IMG/VR virus record: IMGVR_UViG_3300048592_001370
Direction: 5' to 3' (one strand)
Length of the DNA stretch: 64,000 nt
Source of the DNA: an uncultured virus (IMG/VR IMGVR_UViG_3300048592_001370)
Taxonomy: Duplodnaviria; Heunggongvirae; Uroviricota; Caudoviricetes
Part shown: positions 56,478 through 64,000 of the stretch, piece after piece
Numbering within the stretch: the first letter of the stretch is position 1
How the letters are laid out: each line of letters starts with the position of its first letter
Position numbers and translations under genes: made by a program
Notes under the pieces: generated by a model
The model's database searches: none
Told to the model about the DNA's origin: nothing
What the model saw: the letters and a program-made list of their open reading frames with translations, nothing else

Positions 56478-57913
56478 GTTTCCCTCCAGTGTTCGGAAAT
56501 ACGCCACCAGACAATGGACAAACTGACCAACATGAGAACCATGAATATGGGGCGCGTAGCCAGCTCTACGGGTTGGTACAGTGACAAGGTCTGTCCGATG
56601 TATGATTCGATGCGTTCTATCAGGATGAACGAGATCAGAAGGGCTGGTCTGTTCAAGTCATACTTCTTGCAGAAAATCCCTAGGCCTGAGCAGAACAACA
56701 GAATAGCAAAGTCCTCCCATCCGCCGGTGTATTGCATACACGACCAAACGATGATGGCAAAAAGACCAGTAGCGAATATCCAATACGGAAGCAATAACAG
56801 CTTCACGACGTACTGGACGGAGAACAGACTTAGCGGTAAGACCAGAATCGTACTAGCAACAAAAGACCACGCTAGCACCCAAAGGAATTTGTCGTCCCTC
56901 AGAACGGTAGGCGAACCCAACTCCATTCCGAAGGTCATGCAGATTGCCATCATTACGGCCGCGAAGGGAGCTCCGGGAACTCCGAACAGGATCGCCGGGA
57001 TCAAGCTGCTGGCCTTCTGACTATTGTTCGCACCCTCCGGACCGATCACTCCCTTGACGTTACCTGTCCCGAATTCGATTTGTTCCTTCGGATGCTTCGA
57101 CGTTGTCCAGGTGTAGGCCAGTAAATCGCCAATGCTGCCACCCACTCCAGGAAGCATTCCTGTGAAGAATCCTATAGCTCCGCCTTGCAGAGCAAGTTTC
57201 CTATTGATCCAAACGTCTCGAAAACCTTGTCGGACTTGTGACCAGTAATCAAGAATGAGGGCGTGTTTCTGATTTCTGCCTTTCCAACCGTCGACTATTT
57301 CCGGTATGCCGAATAGTCCCGCCACTATGGGAAGGATTTGAATACCCGCGTTCAAGTAGTCCCAACCACCTGTCAGACGCGGTACGCCAGTTCCGGCATC
57401 TAGTCCTACCAGGCCGAGCAAGGCTCCTATCCCGATAGACGGCAAGCTTAGCACAGGGTTCTTGCGTGTGATGAAAGCAACGCAGCACAAGCTGAGTATG
57501 GTGAACGCAGCGAATTCAGGTACGCCCAAGTAGAGTATGACTTGTCGATAGAAGGGTAGCAACCCAAAAGCTAGGAGCCCCCAGAAAACACCATTGAACG
57601 TAGAAGTGAGAAGGGCTGCAGAGATAGCTCGGGCCGCCTCACCGCGCAAGGCCATGGGATAGCCATCGAAAACCGTCGACGCCGTCGTGTTTGACCCGGG
57701 AACACCTGTTAGGATAGACGAGAACGAATCTCCTGTGCTTGATGCTGCAATGAGCGACGTTAGGAAGATGATTCCGAGATAGGGATTGGCTAGGAAATGG
57801 TCAGACAATGCAAAAACCGTTATCAGACCTGTGGTTGCACCGGCAACGGGAACGACACCGATGAAAAAGCCGTACAGCGTACCCAGCAACAAATACAGCA
57901 GCTCATCCAACAT
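56459..57913 (-). CDS. tctA: TctA-family tripartite tricarboxylate transporter large subunit
   Basis: SILTGVPG, FDGYPMALRGEA, GMLPGVG, GVIGPEGANNS, FGVPG. Confidence 0.9.
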   Translation of the reverse strand: MLDELLYLLLGTLYGFFIGVVPVAGATTGLITVFALSDHFLANPYLGIIFLTSLIAASSTGDSFSSILTGVPGSNTTASTVFDGYPMALRGEAARAISAALLTSTFNGVFWGLLAFGLLPFYRQVILYLGVPEFAAFTILSLCCVAFITRKNPVLSLPSIGIGALLGLVGLDAGTGVPRLTGGWDYLNAGIQILPIVAGLFGIPEIVDGWKGRNQKHALILDYWSQVRQGFRDVWINRKLALQGGAIGFFTGMLPGVGGSIGDLLAYTWTTSKHPKEQIEFGTGNVKGVIGPEGANNSQKASSLIPAILFGVPGAPFAAVMMAICMTFGMELGSPTVLRDDKFLWVLAWSFVASTILVLPLSLFSVQYVVKLLLLPYWIFATGLFAIIVWSCMQYTGGWEDFAILLFCSGLGIFCKKYDLNRPALLISFILIERIESYIGQTLSLYQPVELATRPIFMVLMLVSLSIVWWRISEHWRETCKRSY

Positions 57914-58199
57914 TGAGCTGCTCCTTGGTCTGGAACGGCCAGGAACGCTCCATTATTGGCTGCACCCAATGTCCGAAAAGAGCTTCTTCCTGTCCGCGTA
58001 CAGAAGTAACGAGATGGAGGGCGTAGGCGCGAGCCTCTTGTTCCGACAGGTACCGAGTGGCACTGGAAAAGAGTTCGGCATCGAGGCGTTTGATTCCCGC
58101 CTCGGTGAACGGATACTTCATCAAGCTTGGGACTTGCCGTACTCGATATTCCTTTTTTGGTCCATCGTTGTTTGCGAGGATGTAGACGTAGGCCGACAT
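57903..58199 (-). CDS. Hypothetical protein
   Basis: ORF between the methyltransferase and tctA. Confidence 0.55.
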   Translation of the reverse strand: MSAYVYILANNDGPKKEYRVRQVPSLMKYPFTEAGIKRLDAELFSSATRYLSEQEARAYALHLVTSVRGQEEALFGHWVQPIMERSWPFQTKEQLNVG

Positions 58200-58909
58200 A
58201 TATGTTCCCTTGGTGGTTTCTTGTAGCGAAATACCAAGCGGCCATTGTCTTCTGTCTGGATAGGACCGATCACTTCGACATTGAACAGTTTTGCAAAGTC
58301 GGATATCCAGACTTCGTCCCAAGGAAAATATTCCATCTCAGGATCGGTAGGATGTGATAGTCCAGGATTGACACGGAAGATAGCCAAGCCGCTTGGTGCC
58401 AGGATTCTAAGGACCTTTTCCACGCTTGCATGAATAACGTGAAAGGATCCGAAGTTGATGCTTCCTAGTGCTAAAACGACATCGTAGAATTCGTCTTCAC
58501 AGTCGAACTCTAAGAAATCGACCACGCGGTCGGCGTTCGGATTGAACTTGTCGATACCGTACAGGTTCGGTATCTTGTCACGGAAGGGGTTATCTCCACA
58601 ACCTATGTCGAGAACGCGTCTCGGTTGGAGAGCGTTCACTTCTTCAACAAGGTTGCACCCGCTATATTTGAGGGATTCGATGTTTGAGACATACACGCCA
58701 GTGAAATGCTTCTTGAGCATCTCTTCCTCGTTTTGCGTGTACCCCGTTAAATTACAGTCACTCAGAATTTTCTCGATCCCTTTGTGATGACGACTACTAG
58801 CCGCGGCCACACCATGCGCGTAGTCACTTTCGCCCGCGCAATAGTCAGACGCTACCATCTCACGTATGCGATACAGGGCTCGTTCCAGACGAGCTTCTCT
58901 GTCACTCAC
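58121..58909 (-). CDS. Class I SAM-dependent methyltransferase
   Basis: VLDIGCG, GID, YDVVLALGSINF, LAPSG; GTGA overlap start (alternative ATG at 58720). Confidence 0.85.
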   Translation of the reverse strand: MSDREARLERALYRIREMVASDYCAGESDYAHGVAAASSRHHKGIEKILSDCNLTGYTQNEEEMLKKHFTGVYVSNIESLKYSGCNLVEEVNALQPRRVLDIGCGDNPFRDKIPNLYGIDKFNPNADRVVDFLEFDCEDEFYDVVLALGSINFGSFHVIHASVEKVLRILAPSGLAIFRVNPGLSHPTDPEMEYFPWDEVWISDFAKLFNVEVIGPIQTEDNGRLVFRYKKPPREHICRPTSTSSQTTMDQKRNIEYGKSQA

Positions 58910-59700
58910 CGATTTGCCAGTTTCTGGACGTTGTTCCTTATCTCGTTCCATTTTTGGACATGCCTCGCGACGTTGTGAAAGTTGACTTGGGCCCAATTGT
59001 TCGTCTTGACTTGCTTGAGTTTGCGCAGACGCTCGATAGCTTGTGTCATCCAGTGAGTACGCATCCACTTGCCGTACGATGTGAAGTATTGAACGCCGGT
59101 AACAAACTTTATCTGCCCATCGAGGTAACTGCTCCACTTCGGGAAGTCGAACGTATCCGATACTATTTCGTGATACAGGCCAAGAAGCAGTTCCTGGCCT
59201 TCGGCGTCGTGCAGATGGAATGGAAGAAACACGTCCGCGTCGCGCAAAGCCTTCTCGATCAGGGTAGTAGGTTCTTTCGGAAAATAACCACCGTGATATA
59301 CGGTCTTCCGAATGGCTTCTGCTATTGTATCACGGTTCGACCGGTCCAGGAATGCGATTTCCTGCTCTTGGCACGCCTGTCGGAGACAGTAGACAGCGAT
59401 TTCTACGTTCTCGGGATCGGAGAGTTGACCAACCGAATGGCCGCAGTCGTGAAACATGGCCGCAACAACACCTAGCGTCTGCGAATACTTTTTCGTCAGA
59501 GGACCGTCGTACTCTTCGTGGTCCAGAATAGCCATGACGTCGCACACCATGTACTTCATGTGCTGCAATCCGTGATAGGGTGCCCCAGAAGCTGGATTGT
59601 GTATCAGCCACCAATCGTACAAGCTGGATAACCCCAAGTTCTTGATTATCAGATCGAAGCGATTCGGATGGTACAGAGCTAGGTGTTGTTTTGGGATCAT
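58906..59700 (-). CDS. HD-domain phosphohydrolase
   Basis: PYHGLQH, AAMFHDCGH, LRDAD. Confidence 0.85.
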   Translation of the reverse strand: MIPKQHLALYHPNRFDLIIKNLGLSSLYDWWLIHNPASGAPYHGLQHMKYMVCDVMAILDHEEYDGPLTKKYSQTLGVVAAMFHDCGHSVGQLSDPENVEIAVYCLRQACQEQEIAFLDRSNRDTIAEAIRKTVYHGGYFPKEPTTLIEKALRDADVFLPFHLHDAEGQELLLGLYHEIVSDTFDFPKWSSYLDGQIKFVTGVQYFTSYGKWMRTHWMTQAIERLRKLKQVKTNNWAQVNFHNVARHVQKWNEIRNNVQKLANR

Positions 59701-59939
59701 TTCAGCAGACCAAGGAACATCTTGATGATGTCGAGTGCTTGTTGGAATTTGATCTGGCGTTCCACCGAATCCATCGAGTCCTTGATGCTCTCGATGTTGA
59801 CGATGTCTTGTGCCAGTTCATCGTACTCGTCCTGGGTAATGGAACCGGCATCCAACCGTTGCTTCAACTGGACAGCACGTTGGGCCGCTTCGGCGACGGG
59901 AACTTCTTCGTCCGACAACAGTTCGGTAATGGTCATCAT
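59697..59939 (-). CDS. Small helical protein
   Basis: ATGA overlaps. Confidence 0.65.
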   Translation of the reverse strand: MMTITELLSDEEVPVAEAAQRAVQLKQRLDAGSITQDEYDELAQDIVNIESIKDSMDSVERQIKFQQALDIIKMFLGLLK

Positions 59940-60319
59940 TGCATTTTCCCTGTGGTAGTCAGAATCAGGTCAGCACCCCTTGCGATATTTGCTGCCTTCT
60001 CTTCGCAGTAGGCTTTCGTCGGAACAGCCGCTTGGGAATAACGGGCTCGCATCTCAGACGTCATCCCGTACAACTCCTTCGCTGCGTTATACACATCTTC
60101 TCGACCGGCTTTGTGCTGGGTATAGACCACCGCGTACTGCGAGGTAGCCTCCATCTGGGCAACAAGCAACGAAGCCTCTTGCGGGCTGTTACACTTCTTG
60201 TGGATTTGATCGGCCAGAACGCGAACGCCGACGAAGGCTGAGTACTCGCTACTGTCAAACTTTACGCTGGCACAGGCAACCAAGAAGATTGCCACAGACA
60301 GCAGAAACAGCTTCTTCAT
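59936..60319 (-). CDS. Putative lipoprotein
   Basis: MKKLFLLSVAIFLVA-C lipobox. Confidence 0.75.
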   Translation of the reverse strand: MKKLFLLSVAIFLVACASVKFDSSEYSAFVGVRVLADQIHKKCNSPQEASLLVAQMEATSQYAVVYTQHKAGREDVYNAAKELYGMTSEMRARYSQAAVPTKAYCEEKAANIARGADLILTTTGKMQ

Positions 60320-60327
60320 AACTTCTC

Positions 60328-61361
60328 CTAAACGAATTTTGCAAACTCGATCATAGCAGCTAACGCATCACTGCCGTCTCTGCTATAACCACCGATAAGC
60401 CACCAGCCACCGTCAAGGTAGTACAACTTTGCGCCATTGTGAAACAAGAAAACTTCTTGGGGTTTGCCAAGGAACCAATTGATCTGAGGAAAGACAGAAG
60501 CCGTTTTGTGCTCGTCACACAGCTTCCGGACCACCTTCATTACCAAATCCTTTTGTGCCTGGAAGCGAATCAAGCATTTCTCACTCGTGGGATTCTGAAC
60601 CGAGAAGAGGAGTGGCTTGTCGGTCCTTTTTGCGAGCTGTTCGAGATGGCTGTCTGTTATTTTGTCACTGGATTGTGACAAAAAGTGCCGCAGATTGCTT
60701 CCGTACTCTTGGGGAAGCAGACGAGTGCCTATTCTTGTTGTGGCTACGGCCTGTGTATCCTCTAGTAGATGCGGCTCCTCTACTGCTTTCTCCTCTCCTG
60801 TGAGAACGCGTTTCTCCACCTTCTTCATATAGGACAGAAGTGGATTGATATTTATGCGCTCAACCATCGAGATACTTCCCACAGCAGCGACACGCCAATT
60901 GCATCTTCTCTCCCGGATCGGCCGCGTTGTATTTTTCGTGTCCGAAGATCCAGCAGATGACACGTCCGAACGTGTCTTTCCACACAAGGGACTGGAATCG
61001 TTTGCGCTTCAGATCCGAAAAGAAGTTCTCCCGGCCGTGTTTGTTGAAAAGATCATAGCTTGGTCTGGATGCTCCCATGTGTTCCTCACCGTTTAACTCG
61101 AACCGTCATGCCATCGCGTATCATCAGGCCGGTCCGCTCGAAGAAAGCAAGGCACTTTGCCAATTCCTCTTCGGACCGCCAGTCGACCCCTAGGACTTTC
61201 AGTTGGAAACCGATCTGGAGCATGTTAATGTTCCGCATGTGCGTCCATGTCTCGGGCAAAAGCTTCTTGATCTTGTCTGTGTTCTGCTTCATCCACTCCG
61301 GATTGCCTAACGTAGCGGACAGAGGAATGAGACCGTTACTTGACGTGGGGTTTTCTTGCAT
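60328..61361 (-). other. Three hypothetical genes (60328-~60828, 60860-61078, 61086-61361)
   Basis: Packed - strand ORFs. Confidence 0.55.
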
Positions 61362-61788
61362 AGATCAGTCCTTTTTCGTTCGCATATAGGTCGCGCGTCT
61401 TGAAATCCTCAAAGACACGTCGTTCAACGGCATCGAGATCCACGTCGATCTCGAAGGCCAGACGCTTGGCCATGAGAACAACATCTGCGCACTCGCCGGC
61501 CATATCCACAATGCTGTGTGCTCGTCGCAGGTCACTCGGAAAGACCGTTTCACCCGAGTGATAGGATTCTTTGACAGCCTGATTGTAGACGGAATCCGCG
61601 ATGTGACCAAATATTTGGTCAACGGTCAGCCCACACGCTATGCCAAGCTCGGCGGCTTCCTCCAAGAGGCGTCCGGCCAAGGCAGATACATCAGGAGAGT
61701 TGCCTGCGATGGAGCGGCAGAACTCGCCCACTTCTTTAGGGTGGACAGGAACTACTGCGTCCTTTCCTTCGTCGAAAAGTTTAACCAC
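61336..61788 (-). CDS. Second MazG-like NTP pyrophosphohydrolase
   Basis: RLLEEAAEL...GECADV. Confidence 0.65.
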   Translation of the reverse strand: MVKLFDEGKDAVVPVHPKEVGEFCRSIAGNSPDVSALAGRLLEEAAELGIACGLTVDQIFGHIADSVYNQAVKESYHSGETVFPSDLRRAHSIVDMAGECADVVLMAKRLAFEIDVDLDAVERRVFEDFKTRDLYANEKGLIYARKPHVK

Positions 61789-62666
61789 GTCGTTCTCCTC
61801 CTACCAAGGTTACCTCGGTTAAAGATGCTACAACTACTTCGCCGCGTCGCAAGTTCTTTCGCAGCAGAACACGGTGTGTGACAACAAAAGGAACACCGCC
61901 CCTTGCTAAGACCGAGGCGGCGGATTGCAAACGGGAAGGATCTGAATCGGCTATCCGAATGCAGATATCGACCAACTGATACGTCAAGTGATCGTTGCGT
62001 TGTTCTGACATAGGAGTGCCTGTCTGGTTCGTTCCTCTTGAGCCGCTACTCTGAGTTGAGATCTTGCCATCCTCAAACCCCAAGCGACATATCTGCGTTC
62101 TCGCATGTGCTGACGTGTGAAAGACACGCTGAGGGATACGTATCTGTCACCTACCAATCTGCGCATGTGATAGACCACAATGTTGGTTTCCCTATCAAGC
62201 CCATGCTCATTGGAGAATACGCTAACTTGCGACTTAGCATTCGTCACCGTCACTGCTGAAATGTTGGGCTTGTCAGGTATCCGCATGGTCAGTACCCGCT
62301 CGTAATCAAATCCATGAAAAAGTTCCCTTCTCTCGCATCGGACAACTGGCTCCAGCGATTCTTCAGACTGGAAGTCGCGTTGTCCTTGGCCTTGAGGAAG
62401 GCTATTCCTTTTGGCGTCGCGAGAAGGAGCTTCTCCAACTCGTGTTCGCTCTCGTCGTTACCCCAGATGGTGACAAACTCCCAGAGCATCCGTTTGAAGC
62501 GTCGATTGAGTGCGATGATCTTGTCGCGCTGGATAACAAGGTCTTCCTCTGTGCGTGTCCGGTCAATGTCGCGGACTATTTCGCTGAAGGAACAATTCAT
62601 CCAGTGAATGTACCAGTCTGCGAGTTCCCTCCACGTGATGGCTTTGTCTAGTGCTTCGCTCTTCAT
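61781..62666 (-). other. Three hypothetical genes (61781-~62010, 61984-62286, 62289-62666)
   Basis: Packed - strand ORFs. Confidence 0.55.
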
Positions 62667-62691
62667 TGTGTTCTACCAAAAATGGTGGATG

Positions 62692-62767
<76 letters not shown>

Positions 62768-62771
62768 TGTT

Positions 62772-63341
62772 CTAAAGCGCCGCTATTTCGCCAAACTTTG
62801 TTGCGTCTATTTCGGCCAACTTGTATCTAAGTGACGCATACGTCATACCCAGACCTAGCGCTTCGGCGTTTGGCAAATCTCTACCTAGAGTAGTTGATAA
62901 GCTTGTCAAATAGGCTCCACGCAAACACATAAGCTTCTTGTGTTCTCCCTCCGGCGTAACAAAGCCAATCTCGGCGTAGGTCTCTTCCTGGACGATCGCC
63001 TTTTCTACGAGCGTTTTGTAGAAATTCGGATCACTTGAACCAAGGGTCATCGTTTGATATACCGATTGTATATCCAACCACACTCCAAGAGACGTAGCGA
63101 TTTGCGGGAGTGGTTCCCACTCCAACCCCAACTCTCCATCTAGGAGGAAAGTCTGCCCGAACAAGCGAGCATAGAGAGTACCGAGTACGTCCGAGAATTC
63201 CGCTAAGTAGGTCGGATCCTTGACTTGCTCTTTCGCAACCCAATCCGTGAGTTCCTTGTCCGGAGCCGCCACGGCGCTAATGGCAGGAAGGCCCAACAGG
63301 GCCGTGAGAGTTTGCAGAAATTGTCGACGGTTGACTGACAT
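62772..63341 (-). CDS. Protein with twin-arginine (Tat)-type signal
   Basis: MSVNRRQFLQTLTALLGLPAISAVAA. Confidence 0.7.
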   Translation of the reverse strand: MSVNRRQFLQTLTALLGLPAISAVAAPDKELTDWVAKEQVKDPTYLAEFSDVLGTLYARLFGQTFLLDGELGLEWEPLPQIATSLGVWLDIQSVYQTMTLGSSDPNFYKTLVEKAIVQEETYAEIGFVTPEGEHKKLMCLRGAYLTSLSTTLGRDLPNAEALGLGMTYASLRYKLAEIDATKFGEIAAL

Positions 63342-63342
63342 A

Positions 63343-63801
63343 TCAGCGATCCTTTCGGTAGTGAAACTTGACGAGAGCGTTCGTATGAACTGACATTGTG
63401 CTACAGTCTACGATCATTTCGCTTGTACCCCGCGCTGAGGTGTGACCGAAGATAAGGTGGGTGCCTTTCAACTCGATCAAAAGCCTCGATTCCCCGTCCA
63501 TGTCACAGAAACCCCTTACTGTGGGCTTCCCGTATTTGTCCTCGAACTGTTTGAACGACCGATGGAAGTGCGGGAAACTGGTCTCGATCAAAAGTTGTGG
63601 AATCTCGAAACAGAAAACTCCCTTCGGTTCTGACGTTCGTTGAATGAGAGCATTCTTGACGAACAGGCTATTCTCGTAGGAGGATCGCTCAAGCATCGAC
63701 TCCCTATCGAGAGGATGGCACACATTCAGCAATCCAACGGTCGAGCAAAATTTGCTCGGCACCGAGACAGTTAGAAAGGGCAGACCCGTTTCCGGTTTCA
63801 C
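63343..63801 (-). CDS. Hypothetical protein
   Basis: GTGA overlap; 152 aa. Confidence 0.6.
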   Translation of the reverse strand: MKPETGLPFLTVSVPSKFCSTVGLLNVCHPLDRESMLERSSYENSLFVKNALIQRTSEPKGVFCFEIPQLLIETSFPHFHRSFKQFEDKYGKPTVRGFCDMDGESRLLIELKGTHLIFGHTSARGTSEMIVDCSTMSVHTNALVKFHYRKDR

Positions 63802-64000
63802 CTCCGTACCTCGATGTCGGGTACAATCGCCAAGGGCTTGAACACCACACGGTAATGATACACGCTCGTTTTCGCCGGTTCAACCTGTTCGGCGAAATAA
63901 GTCACGTTGTCTGATAACCCAAGGAAATGCTTCTTGTAGTCGCTCGGCCCGGTCTTGCACGTCACAGTTACGGCCTTTGTTTCGCTGGCACTGCCTAGAG
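63798..64000 (-). CDS. Conserved phage hypothetical protein, truncated by the window edge
   Basis: ...VTCKTGPSDYKKHFLGLSDNVTYFAEQ..YHYRVVFKP; stop at 63798-63800. Confidence 0.7.
   Translation of the reverse strand, partial: LGSASETKAVTVTCKTGPSDYKKHFLGLSDNVTYFAEQVEPAKTSVYHYRVVFKPLAIVPDIEVRR

Overview
This 64 kb window looks like part of a large (jumbo-type) tailed dsDNA phage genome, probably from a proteobacterial host (Hfq, TctA/TctC, sigma70-type promoters). Genes are densely packed and often overlap. The + strand block (1-20.8 kb) carries folE, a DEDDh exonuclease, an SF2 helicase, a DnaB helicase, terminase large subunit, probable portal and prohead protease, an HD-GYP phosphodiesterase, membrane/lysis-like genes, a secreted PLD nuclease, NAD-dependent ligase, and SLOG and PcfJ-like proteins. 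The - strand block (20.8-64 kb) carries two MazG-like proteins, a divergent sigma-factor-like protein, HNH, HAD, split type IIA topoisomerase, a SleB-type hydrolase, Hfq, two histone-like proteins, Ung, an Alr/Ddl/QueC/PP-loop operon, a TctA/TctC/SSS transporter cluster with sulfotransferase-like and methyltransferase genes, tRNA-Thr(TGT) and many small hypotheticals. The best candidates for new biology are: (1) a phage Hfq followed directly by a ~300 nt tetraloop-rich RNA-like region, plus a second rod-shaped candidate RNA with an anti-Shine-Dalgarno-like tract; (2) a four-gene PP-loop/QueC/Ddl/Alr operon with altered substrate residues; (3) a shared N-terminal IK(V/I/L)LS..ExA leader on many unrelated proteins. 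All assignments come from reading motifs by eye; no searches or folding programs were run.
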